DNA from: a virus
Lineage: Duplodnaviria; Caudoviricetes
IMG/VR virus record: IMGVR_UViG_3300032320_000838
Span: 13,760-77,759 of that record
DNA length: 64,000 nt
Strand: one strand, 5' to 3'
Numbering within the stretch: the stretch's first letter is position 1; each line of letters starts with the position of its first letter. The position numbers and the translations under genes were made by a program. The notes beneath the pieces are model-generated. The model searched no databases. It was not told the origin of the DNA and saw only the letters and a program-made list of their open reading frames with translations. Shown piece after piece: positions 25,164 through 34,182 of this stretch.

Positions 25164-26659
25164 CAGGATTCTCCTATTGGAATAAGTATTTTCTTATACA
25201 CGAACTTTTCGGAATCGTAGATTTTTAATCTTTCTACGAAATGACGAAGAGTGTGGTTCTGATGCGACTTCCAAGAAAGATCATCTGCAATATCGTACAA
25301 CTTTGCTTTTTCCTTGTGTTCGGACTTACGCAACTGTCTTCCTATCGACTGTAGAACTCTAATCCTGCTCTTGGAAGGGGAGGAGAACACAATATTATGT
25401 AGTCTTCTAATGGATACACCAGTAGAGAAGGTTCCATAAGAAGCCACAAGAATGGCATCTTCTTCCTTCTCCACGATATGTCTTATCTGTTCTCTGTCTT
25501 CCGCTTCCGTACCACCGTGAATGAAGAACACTTTTCTTTTGTTTGCCAGTTTCTTTATCTTGTCGAACAGAGGTTGTCCGTGCTTTTCGACAAACTGGAA
25601 CAATACTAAAGTATTTCCTTTTGTATTCTTTGCAAGTTTGGCAATAAAATCATTTCTTGCTTCGTTCTGGACCAACCAATCTATCTCTTCTTGATATGTC
25701 AACTTTTTTGTGCTTTGGCGTATTTCGTCTGGATATTGTAGAACCAGGCAATCTATATTGAGTTCAGACAATAGATTCTTTTCCATCAACTCTTTGGTGG
25801 ATGTGAGACGATGTACTCGACCAAACAATCCTTCGATTACCAGTTTATGTGTAAAGGAACCGTCAAGAGTTCCTGTTGTTCCTATTCTGTATGGACAATC
25901 CTTCAGTTTTGTCATAATACTGGTGAGTGATTTTGATTTAAACAAATGACACTCGTCTCCTATGACAGCACTGAACTGCTGAAAATATTTCTCTGGTAGA
26001 TTGTATATGCTCTGCCAAGTCGTGATGACTATCTTCTTGTCCGTATCTTTCTCTTGACCACCAAAGATCTTATGACAGTTCTCTCTGCATTTCCAAGAAG
26101 TACCTTTTGAGTAATCGAAGAAATCAGAATACATCTGTGACACAAGAGATATTGTGGGAACTATCAGGAGTATTTTCTTATCATCCGCAATCTGGTTTTG
26201 TAAATAACGACATATAACATAAATCATCAAACTCTTACCAGAACCAGTAGGAGAAAGTAACAAACATCTTTCTTTCGACAAAGCGTGAGTTATTCCGTCT
26301 ATTTGGTGATCGTGTGGATCTATTGTTTTTCCTGCTGCTTTTAGATCCAGAGTCTTACAATAATCCTTGATGTATTCGGAAGTAATATCTTGGTTATGTG
26401 GCTGATCGTGAGTTGTAATAGAATAAGAACGATCATTTGCAAACTTCACGACATAATCATATAGACCTGCGTAGATTTCCTTGGTGAGTGAGTTGTAGAG
26501 TTTTATCTTGCCATCCCACATCTTGTTGCGATATGCTGGCATAAACTTGTGACCTGGAACCTGAAATGTGAAATGATCGGACAACTCTTTTGTGAAGCCG
26601 GCATCACATTTTACGCGAATGAATACGCTGTTAATAGGTTCTACTACAAAATCACTCAT
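25163..26659 (-). CDS. uvsW: SF2 DNA helicase UvsW
   Basis: FMPAYRNKMWDGKI, SPTGSGKS, IGDECHLFK, TTGTL, QSIGRQLR. Confidence 0.97.
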   Translation of the reverse strand: MSDFVVEPINSVFIRVKCDAGFTKELSDHFTFQVPGHKFMPAYRNKMWDGKIKLYNSLTKEIYAGLYDYVVKFANDRSYSITTHDQPHNQDITSEYIKDYCKTLDLKAAGKTIDPHDHQIDGITHALSKERCLLLSPTGSGKSLMIYVICRYLQNQIADDKKILLIVPTISLVSQMYSDFFDYSKGTSWKCRENCHKIFGGQEKDTDKKIVITTWQSIYNLPEKYFQQFSAVIGDECHLFKSKSLTSIMTKLKDCPYRIGTTGTLDGSFTHKLVIEGLFGRVHRLTSTKELMEKNLLSELNIDCLVLQYPDEIRQSTKKLTYQEEIDWLVQNEARNDFIAKLAKNTKGNTLVLFQFVEKHGQPLFDKIKKLANKRKVFFIHGGTEAEDREQIRHIVEKEEDAILVASYGTFSTGVSIRRLHNIVFSSPSKSRIRVLQSIGRQLRKSEHKEKAKLYDIADDLSWKSHQNHTLRHFVERLKIYDSEKFVYKKILIPIGES

Positions 26660-26667
26660 CCTATTAT

Positions 26668-27117
26668 TTATACTACACCATTAACGAACTTCTTCCAACT
26701 AATGGCATCTCGAATGTGATATTGGCGTGTATTCAGACCTTTTATAATGCTCTCAAGGTAGTTTACTTTTTCCTGTTGATATTCCATTCGTCCTTCAGCA
26801 ACAACGAGATCTTCATCGGCATTCATATACAGTTCTACATCCTGCTTGAGAATGCGAAGAGCAAAAGGTTCCCATCCTTTTTCCTTAAGAGTTTCTTCAT
26901 CAATTTTACCTGTATAATATTCCCACTTCAGTTTCTGAAGTTTGCGGAAATCTATTCTGTATTTTTGTAAAAGTAGTTTCTCGTCGTGTAGAATATTTAA
27001 ATATTTGTTATGAAGACGGGGAACATTAAGAGATTCTTTGTCTAGAGATGTTTCATCTATTGGCAGATCTTTTTCTGCCATCTCACGAATTTGTTTTAGA
27101 TCCATTTTATCCTTCAA
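26668..27117 (-). CDS. uvsY: Recombination mediator UvsY
   Basis: LDKESLNVPRLHNKYL...KWEYYTGK...YMNADEDL...IKDAISW-type ending. Adjacent to uvsW. Confidence 0.9.
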   Translation of the reverse strand: MKDKMDLKQIREMAEKDLPIDETSLDKESLNVPRLHNKYLNILHDEKLLLQKYRIDFRKLQKLKWEYYTGKIDEETLKEKGWEPFALRILKQDVELYMNADEDLVVAEGRMEYQQEKVNYLESIIKGLNTRQYHIRDAISWKKFVNGVV

Positions 27118-27697
27118 TAATGTATTCTACATCCATACCAGAATATGCAAAACGAACATCGCAAGTTGCTGGTTGTATGTCTGTCACAGTAGTAGCAAAA
27201 TCTATTCCACCTATTTCTATGGGCCAGCATCTAAAGAATGTGGCTTTCACAAACGGTTTAGATTTACTGTTCATAAGAATCAAAGTCGCATCCGATACTT
27301 TTTCTGGTTCCCAAGAGTTCTGTGAGAAATCTCTTTCACCTGTTAGAAGTTTCATCCAGTTTCTAATTTCAAACCAGTTTGTCATATTTTCATCTACTAT
27401 GAACTTTACCATAAGATCACCCATAATAGTAGAAGTTCCAGGTCTTCTGACTTTGGTGGAGTATGGTGTTGGTTGTAATGTCTCTCCTATGATAATACCA
27501 GGCAGATTTGCAGATTGACACATATACACGACTGCTGGTGTTCTGTGTAGAACAAACTTAAACTCGTTTAGTTGCAGAAAGTTGTCGTTGGAAATCTGGC
27601 GTGACATCGCGTTCTTCAGCGAAGCACTATCCAAATATGTTGGCATACCTTTGTTTCGTGGATCCATATTAACTCCCATAGTATCTATAAACAACAA
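27107..27697 (-). CDS. gp3: Tail tube terminator / tail completion protein; likely start at 27667
   Basis: NFLQLNEFKF...CQSANLPGI...FIVDENMTNWFEI.NWM. Directly after gp23. GGAG before the ATG at 27667. Confidence 0.85.
   Translation of the reverse strand: MLFIDTMGVNMDPRNKGMPTYLDSASLKNAMSRQISNDNFLQLNEFKFVLHRTPAVVYMCQSANLPGIIIGETLQPTPYSTKVRRPGTSTIMGDLMVKFIVDENMTNWFEIRNWMKLLTGERDFSQNSWEPEKVSDATLILMNSKSKPFVKATFFRCWPIEIGGIDFATTVTDIQPATCDVRFAYSGMDVEYIIEG
27682..27689 (-). promoter_or_regulatory. Putative late promoter variant (TATAGATA) just downstream of the gp23 terminator
   Basis: One mismatch from TATAAATA, upstream of the gp3 SD. Confidence 0.5.
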
Positions 27698-27720
27698 GGG
27701 GGATCTTTCGATCCCCCTTG
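27691..27720 (-). terminator. Rho-independent terminator after gp23
   Basis: 11-bp stem CAAGGGGGATC / GATCCCCCTTG with GAAA loop, followed by TTGTTT. Confidence 0.85.
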
Positions 27721-27743
27721 CTTACCTATACATTATTCAACTA

Positions 27744-29195
27744 TCAGTTTGAGGCTGGGTTGAATGTGGCGTCATTACCGTGGAGGTTGTCTACACGGAA
27801 GATGCGGTAGTATTGGTTGGTGCGGCGAGTGAGTGCTTCGCCGTCTGGTGTTGTACCACCAACTGTTGTTGTGACGAATGGATTACTTACCATACCGTAA
27901 CGGGTCTTGAAGCCGATCTTTGGTTGGAATGTACCAGTGTCAACTGCTCTTACCATTTGGAGAGGTACATATGGGCAGTAGAAGAGGCCTGCATCATATG
28001 GACTTGTACCCTTATATCCGAGGCAGACATAATTGATTGGGGTGAAGTCATTATAGTTGGTTGGCATAGAATATGGGTCGATGTAGACCTTGATTCTACC
28101 TTGGTGGAGAGTTCCAGCGAAGGTGTTGCCGTTTACATCAGTGTTGATTTGACCACTGAATGCTGGGGAGAAGTCGAGAAGACCGCTCATGGAGAGAGCA
28201 GCAGCAACATCTGGGGAGACGATTGCGATGTTACCCTTACCACGACGGGTTTCTGCACCGATGACATTACATTCACGCTCAATCTGGAATGTCAAGCCAC
28301 GGAACTTCTCAGCAGACCAACGACCGTCTGAGTCGAGTTCGAGATCGTATACACCACCGAATGTACTCTGCAACTTTCTTGTTGTCATAGAAGCGAGATC
28401 TGCTTGCTTGCAACCAAGTTTAGCAACTTCATAGATTGTACGAACGAGTTCGCGGTTGATTTCGAACATAATCTCGGTGGAGAGAATGTTAGCCAACTCT
28501 GTCTCAGCATCAAGTCCGTGAACGGCCTTGAGGTCTTGAGCGAGTTCGGTTGTGTATTCAGCCTTGAGAGCACGGCTCTTAGCAGTTACGGATGTCTTCT
28601 CGATGGAGAATGTCATCTCGTTGAATGCTGTACCACCTGCGGCACCGAGACGCTCGGCTGTGGTTGTTGCCATTGGACGACCTGCTTCGAATGTATTGTC
28701 AGAAAGACCGTCTTCGAAGATGTCTGCCATTGTACCGTATGTTGGGCTGGAGTTAGAACCAGACTTGTTGAGGGCTTCGTTATAGAGAGCCTCGAGGCCG
28801 CTTCTTGCTCCGTTAGATTCAACTGCGGAACCGTTTGTGTTGCCGTACTTAGACTTCATAGCGAAGATGAGTCCTGTTGGACCATTCATTGGCTGTACAC
28901 CAGCGATGTCGTAAGCCATTAGATTTGGCATAGCACGACGAACGAGGCTGATGAGGATTGGATCGAATGCATCAATACCTTGTCCTGCTACAGTAGATGC
29001 ACCACCGATTGTTCCAAGTCCTGTTCCAGCGATGCCTTGGAGGCTGTCTTCGCGGAGGAATTTCTCTTGATTCTCAAGAAGGATGGTTGTTACATTCTTC
29101 TTGTAGGAATCCTTGATCTCTGGGAGAGCCTTGTGTTCTACGATAGGCGCCCACTTCTTTCTTGTGCTTTCATTAAGCATTACTCTGTTATCCAT
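27744..29195 (-). CDS. gp23: Major capsid protein
   Basis: DPILISLVRRAMPNLMAYDIAGVQPM.GPTGLIFAM, AKSRALKAEYT.ELAQDLKAVHGLDAE.ELANIL, YCPYVPLQMVRA...FQPKIGFKTRYG. Confidence 0.99.
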   Translation of the reverse strand: MDNRVMLNESTRKKWAPIVEHKALPEIKDSYKKNVTTILLENQEKFLREDSLQGIAGTGLGTIGGASTVAGQGIDAFDPILISLVRRAMPNLMAYDIAGVQPMNGPTGLIFAMKSKYGNTNGSAVESNGARSGLEALYNEALNKSGSNSSPTYGTMADIFEDGLSDNTFEAGRPMATTTAERLGAAGGTAFNEMTFSIEKTSVTAKSRALKAEYTTELAQDLKAVHGLDAETELANILSTEIMFEINRELVRTIYEVAKLGCKQADLASMTTRKLQSTFGGVYDLELDSDGRWSAEKFRGLTFQIERECNVIGAETRRGKGNIAIVSPDVAAALSMSGLLDFSPAFSGQINTDVNGNTFAGTLHQGRIKVYIDPYSMPTNYNDFTPINYVCLGYKGTSPYDAGLFYCPYVPLQMVRAVDTGTFQPKIGFKTRYGMVSNPFVTTTVGGTTPDGEALTRRTNQYYRIFRVDNLHGNDATFNPASN

Positions 29196-29225
29196 TTTTT
29201 TCTCCTTTAACTATTTCTAGTTTTT

Positions 29226-30482
29226 TTAGTTTTTGATTACTCGATTGATTGTCTCATAATATACTTTCATAGAGGCTGGAACTTCTGCTTCTTCCTCTAC
29301 TGTTTCTTCTTCCAGAACAACTCTTTCGAAGAGTGGCTTTGGTGTTTGTTTCTTTGATTCGTTGAGTTGTTTCTTGGAAGATGTCTTTACAACACCTTCT
29401 ACGAGCACACCAATCTTGGAACGATAGTCTTGTTCAGACTCAAACTGAACATTTTCTGCAAGTGGGCGAAGTTGCTCTGCTTGCATATTTGTCAGGTTGT
29501 TTGTTGCTTCTGCAAAGATTTGTTGTGCTTTGAGTGTCTTGATTGTTCCGATGAGTTTGGCGTTTGCTTCGATCTCCTCGTTGAGACGGTTCTCAAGATG
29601 ATCAACTGCTTCTGCCATCTCATCAAATGCGTTTGCCTTGTCTTGTGGGACTTCGATATAGGACTCGGTGAAGAGATCCTTGAGTTTGCCCATGAAGTTT
29701 TCTGCGATTTCGGTACGAAGACCGTTTTCGATGGCGATCTCGTTTTCCTTCATCCATTCCTCAACGACATAGTTGAGATATGTGTCAAGTTGCTCTTCGA
29801 GTGTGCTCTTGACAGCGAGGATCTTCTCCTCGAACTGTTCTGCAAGTTCTACACGGAGACTTTCGGCAATTTGAGAAACCTTTGTAACGACTGCTGCTTC
29901 GTAGAGAGAAGCGGCCTTGCTTACAAACTCCTCGGAGAGATCTTCATCTCCACCGAACATCACACGAACATCGTTCTCAAGTTGTTCTCTCTGAACCGAT
30001 GGCATGGAAGCGTTTGCAAAAGATGGCTTCATCTGAAGGGAGGATGCTGCTTGACCAGGAGCATAACCAACGGTTTGCTTGGTTTGTAGTTCGAAACCCT
30101 TACCTGCGGCATCGTGAGCAGTTCCACCATGAGCATCGGATTCCAGATCATTACCAGCAGATGGAACTCCACCAGTTGGCATTTGAGCACTTGCCCAAGA
30201 TGGTTTAGTTGCTAAAGTAGAGGCCAGACCACCTGTCTTAGAAGCACCTTGTGGTGCTGACTGCTTTGGTGCTTCTGGTGCTTCATCTTCATCTTCGTCG
30301 CCATAATCTTCGTCTTCAGACTCATCGGCGTCTTCAGCACTATCTTCAGCGCCTTCATCTTCGCCTTCGTCCTCGTCTTCTTCGTCTTTTTCTTCCTCTT
30401 CGTAGAGATCGTCCTCGTAAACCTCGTCGTTATTCTCGAACAAGTTCTCTAATATTTCTTTAGCAAGTTGCTTAGGATCCAT
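29226..30482 (-). CDS. gp22: Prohead scaffold/core protein
   Basis: Acidic N-terminus. LSEEFVSKAASLYEAAV, LDTYLNYVVEEWMKENEIAIENGLRTEIAENFM..LK.LF.E.YIEVP. Confidence 0.93.
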   Translation of the reverse strand: MDPKQLAKEILENLFENNDEVYEDDLYEEEEKDEEDEDEGEDEGAEDSAEDADESEDEDYGDEDEDEAPEAPKQSAPQGASKTGGLASTLATKPSWASAQMPTGGVPSAGNDLESDAHGGTAHDAAGKGFELQTKQTVGYAPGQAASSLQMKPSFANASMPSVQREQLENDVRVMFGGDEDLSEEFVSKAASLYEAAVVTKVSQIAESLRVELAEQFEEKILAVKSTLEEQLDTYLNYVVEEWMKENEIAIENGLRTEIAENFMGKLKDLFTESYIEVPQDKANAFDEMAEAVDHLENRLNEEIEANAKLIGTIKTLKAQQIFAEATNNLTNMQAEQLRPLAENVQFESEQDYRSKIGVLVEGVVKTSSKKQLNESKKQTPKPLFERVVLEEETVEEEAEVPASMKVYYETINRVIKN

Positions 30483-30510
30483 TTTCTATTCTCCTTAAGT
30501 GTATACTTTT

Positions 30511-30518
30511 TATTTATA
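30511..30518 (-). promoter_or_regulatory. Late promoter TATAAATA (gp22-gp23)
   Basis: Exact T4 late consensus overlapping the gp21 stop codon. Confidence 0.8.
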
Positions 30519-31167
30519 ACTTCTTTAGTTTTGACAAAAAACTCTCAAATACCTTGAGTTTTGTCTTCTCAAGGTCACGAGATGATGATCTGGATATTTG
30601 TTTTTTAGCATTTTCGAGATCTACTGCCTTGAAAATACCGTGTTCCAGAACCCATTCACGACCTTCCATAATACCATTAACGAATGCATTAGGAGCAGAA
30701 GGATCTGCAACAATATCTACTGCGGCAAGCATAAAGTCCTCTTGGACTTCCTGATAGCCGTTCTTTTCGATCAACGAACCCATACCACGGGAAGAAACAC
30801 CAAGTTTGGCGCCTTCGTCCATAAGGTTCTTGACGATCTTACCGTATGGTGTGTCGAGAACTTTGGCTCTACCGCAGATTTGGTTCTTATCGAAGTGTAG
30901 TTCTTTGATCATATGGGCAGCACGCTCAAGATTGACGGTTGGACCTTCTGGGTGTCCGAGTTCTCCGAGTGCTCTGCTGGTGTTCACATATTCTGTGATG
31001 TAGCGGTTTACCTCTTTTTGCATAATAGGCATGGGGTAAACTCTACCATTTCTATTTCTCGCATCAGACTCCATAAAGACACCTTCGATGAAATAGTTCT
31101 TCTTTCCATCGGTGGATGCTTCTGTGAGGACACGAACATCAAGTGTTGTTTCGGTGATTAACTTCAT
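30514..31167 (-). CDS. gp21: Prohead protease
   Basis: [63 protein letters not shown]. Confidence 0.98.
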   Translation of the reverse strand: MKLITETTLDVRVLTEASTDGKKNYFIEGVFMESDARNRNGRVYPMPIMQKEVNRYITEYVNTSRALGELGHPEGPTVNLERAAHMIKELHFDKNQICGRAKVLDTPYGKIVKNLMDEGAKLGVSSRGMGSLIEKNGYQEVQEDFMLAAVDIVADPSAPNAFVNGIMEGREWVLEHGIFKAVDLENAKKQISRSSSRDLEKTKLKVFESFLSKLKKL

Positions 31168-31460
31168 TTTTTACCCTTTATGGCCTTACCGATTGCTTTT
31201 CTGCGGTTCTTTAGATAAGAATCGGTGTTATTTACTTTTCCATCATTATTGATGTCAGAATCCTCTTTACCAACTGGATCTAGTTTTTCATCTATTTGCT
31301 CACCACAAGAAGAGCATTCTTCTTCGGTGAAAAGATCAGAAGCAAGTTCTTTCTTTCTTTCCGCCAAAGCATCACTGACCTTGGAATACAGATTGGCGTT
31401 TACGGACTGTTTAAACAGTTCCAGTTCGCCGTTGATTAGGTGGTTTATTTCATTAGACAT
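31164..31460 (-). CDS. Small prohead core protein (gp67-like) with C-terminal Ca-binding-loop-like motif
   Basis: Position directly before gp21. Helical N-domain [18 protein letters not shown]-terminal [32 protein letters not shown]. Confidence 0.65.
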   Translation of the reverse strand: MSNEINHLINGELELFKQSVNANLYSKVSDALAERKKELASDLFTEEECSSCGEQIDEKLDPVGKEDSDINNDGKVNNTDSYLKNRRKAIGKAIKGKK

Positions 31461-31480
31461 AAGTTAATCTCCAGTGTTTG

Positions 31481-31504
31481 TATTTATTCATTTCTATTAT
31501 TTAG
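31481..31504 (-). promoter_or_regulatory. Tandem late promoters (CTAAATA 31498-31504, ATAAATA 31481-31487)
   Basis: Both lie in the 49-nt gap between the Cys-rich cassette and the prohead core gene. Confidence 0.65.
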
Positions 31505-31509
31505 TAGAG

Positions 31510-34182
31510 TTATGTTACTGTAACTTGTAGACCTATACCGTCACCCCAAGCAAGACGGTTTCCGAACTCATCGGATAAACAGGTTGTGGCAGGTGGATTA
31601 GACCACATGCTGTCTAAAGTCAAAGGTCCAAAATCCGATGGAGTGATTGGTGTTGTTCCTACTGGTACACAGTGTGCAGTTGAATAAAATGCTTTAACGG
31701 GACATTCTTCTCCAGTAGTGCAGAAACAACCAATAATAGAAATAATTTCTCCAGTAATAGGATCTGTAATCACACTTTGGAATTCTCCCGGTCGTACCTC
31801 TATCTCGGTTCTAAGTTTAGCCATATATCTTCTACCGTATAGTATAGCGGTAGTTGTACCGTCGCCTGTATATTCTGCAATTGTTGGATTTCCCGAAGAA
31901 TCTCCAGCATAATCTGGTCCTGTTGGAGAAGTGCTGCAAGTAACATCGAATGGGTATGCGGCAGTCCCTCTCCATCTTGCACCCCACCAGTAATTGGAAG
32001 AACCTGTAGCGGTTATACCTCTGGAACCAAGTACACTATTAATGACACTGGCAAATTGAGCAGGGGTTCCATTACCAGTAAATGTACAGCCATCTATTGT
32101 TATGGTTGCCTCATCGGTGCTTGCACTTCCTGGGCTACAAAAAACCCAGGCAAAAGGAGATGTGGATGGACAAGTTCTGGTTATAGTTAAAGCAACACCA
32201 AAAGGATCAGAGCATTCTCCCTGTATTACAGTTCCATCAAAAACCTGCTCTGCCATCATCACCGTTTCTATGTCTGCTTGGTGTAATGGACGAATACAAC
32301 TAGTAAATTGTGGCTGATCTGGAGTTACGGTACATAAACCTTCTTGAATAAAATATGTACCCATCAAACTATTAAAAAGACAATCAATACCATTATTACT
32401 TGGTTCTTCTGTGCAATTCCAGCACTGAGGTGATACATCTCCTACTTCACTACCACAAGGAGAAATACCATCAAGCCATTCTTTGCACATTTTATACGAA
32501 GCAACATAATCTATCATTGTGTTGTCTGGACATGCCGCATTCCTCGGATTATCGAAAGTCAATCCGTTATATGGAAATGTAAGAGTATATGTCGAGTTAC
32601 ATCTAAACCCACCAGTGTCTGTATTTGGTCCAACAGTCCAAGTTGTCTGTGTGGTTTCTGTGCATGGCCATGCACCTATGGATTTAAGTGTTCCTTCATT
32701 CAGAGGTGTTGGTGGTTCTGTCAAACAATCACCATCGGAAGGATTAAATAGAAGTTTATAATCACAACCCAAATAGGTGATAAGGATACAATCCATATTA
32801 TTGATGTCACACATAGAGACACCTAAAGTTTGTGTCAGGTATTGTTCACAGAAATATATGGTCGGTGGACATACTTCTGGACATCCGTTCAGACATTCAC
32901 CACCAATAAGTATTTTATTTGCCGCCCATATCTTACAGCAATATCCAGAATCGGAAACATATCTTCCACCGCTTATATCCGCAGTATCCACTAAACGGTC
33001 ACAAGGACGATCTATACCGACTTCGGTGTTGTTTAGATCTAGGTAATATGGCCATCCTTTGTAATCAAATCCAATCATACTACCGCACTGACCGTTGCTA
33101 TATGAAGCAAGATCTTTGATGCTGTTAAACTGATCTACTGTCAAGCAAATATGCAGTGCTGGTGGTAGTCCTGCTGGTGTTTCTTCGCAAGGACAATCAT
33201 CACACGCTCTCCACTGTATGACTGCTCTGCCGTCTCCTCCAACACCAAGTCCACCGTCACCTATTCCTCTTGTGTTTGTTATTTGAGTGAAAGGACTTGC
33301 TTGTGTGTAACCATTTCTTCCAGCATGGCATCTGGTTAAATCGGAATCACCAACAAAAGACGCTCCACCAGAACCAGCACCACCGTATGTCGTGGTTGTT
33401 GGTGTCGTTATTGTTTGATTGCCTCCTCCACCTCCACCACCAAATCCTCCTCCACCTCCTCCACCTCCACCTTGTCCTGTGGTTGCGTTTACTGCCGCAC
33501 CAACACCACCAGCACCATTATTCGGTAAAGTTCCAAGAATACCACTTCCGCCACCAACAACACCACCAGAACCTGCTGTTGTATTGTTTGCGTTTCCGCC
33601 GGCTGAGATATTAGATGATGGTGAAATGGAGGAACTTATTCCTGCGTCACCACCTCTTCCGTGTAGATTAGTTGATGTAAAAAAGTTGAGAGAGGATGCA
33701 CCACCACCACCGCCTGCAATAAAGACATCTGATGTTTGTGTAGAGGATGATAGAGCAGTTCTATAACTAGTGGAGCCTCCACCATATCTGTATTGATTTG
33801 CAGGCGCAGTTGCAGGACCTATTCTACCACCACCAAACATGGTGTTGGCAATATTTGTGATTGGTCCACCAACACCAACTCTTATAGTAGATGTCTGTGA
33901 TATATTAAAGTTTGTTTCTATATAAGCACCACCACCACCAGAGTAACCACCATTTCCTGCACCACCAGCACCTATAAGAACAAGAAAAACTTCTGTCTCT
34001 ATAGGCGGTATGAACGAGTTGGGTGATCCTCCAGATGAGGTGACTAATGTTTGTGGAGTTGCGTTATTCGAAGTGGGAGAACCATTATTATTAAAAACTC
34101 TCTCTCGCATTTCCCAGCAAGGATATGCGATATATCTACCGTTTTCGCAGGGGCAACACCCTAAAGGTGATACTGAACTCAT
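31510..34182 (-). CDS. Gly-rich plus Cys-rich protein, 890 aa; putative virion appendage / receptor-binding protein
   Basis: GCCPC start. Gly-rich domain (LVLIGAGGAG...IRVGVGG...GGDGRAVIQW) of the phage Gly-rich/ALK-LTK-like type. About 41 Cys by manual count. Confidence 0.7.
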   Translation of the reverse strand: MSSVSPLGCCPCENGRYIAYPCWEMRERVFNNNGSPTSNNATPQTLVTSSGGSPNSFIPPIETEVFLVLIGAGGAGNGGYSGGGGAYIETNFNISQTSTIRVGVGGPITNIANTMFGGGRIGPATAPANQYRYGGGSTSYRTALSSSTQTSDVFIAGGGGGASSLNFFTSTNLHGRGGDAGISSSISPSSNISAGGNANNTTAGSGGVVGGGSGILGTLPNNGAGGVGAAVNATTGQGGGGGGGGGFGGGGGGGNQTITTPTTTTYGGAGSGGASFVGDSDLTRCHAGRNGYTQASPFTQITNTRGIGDGGLGVGGDGRAVIQWRACDDCPCEETPAGLPPALHICLTVDQFNSIKDLASYSNGQCGSMIGFDYKGWPYYLDLNNTEVGIDRPCDRLVDTADISGGRYVSDSGYCCKIWAANKILIGGECLNGCPEVCPPTIYFCEQYLTQTLGVSMCDINNMDCILITYLGCDYKLLFNPSDGDCLTEPPTPLNEGTLKSIGAWPCTETTQTTWTVGPNTDTGGFRCNSTYTLTFPYNGLTFDNPRNAACPDNTMIDYVASYKMCKEWLDGISPCGSEVGDVSPQCWNCTEEPSNNGIDCLFNSLMGTYFIQEGLCTVTPDQPQFTSCIRPLHQADIETVMMAEQVFDGTVIQGECSDPFGVALTITRTCPSTSPFAWVFCSPGSASTDEATITIDGCTFTGNGTPAQFASVINSVLGSRGITATGSSNYWWGARWRGTAAYPFDVTCSTSPTGPDYAGDSSGNPTIAEYTGDGTTTAILYGRRYMAKLRTEIEVRPGEFQSVITDPITGEIISIIGCFCTTGEECPVKAFYSTAHCVPVGTTPITPSDFGPLTLDSMWSNPPATTCLSDEFGNRLAWGDGIGLQVTVT

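Noticed and set aside
33400-33800. GGT/GGA-rich runs as microsatellites or contingency loci
   Set aside because: They are mixed Gly codons encoding the Gly-rich domain, not pure tandem repeats.
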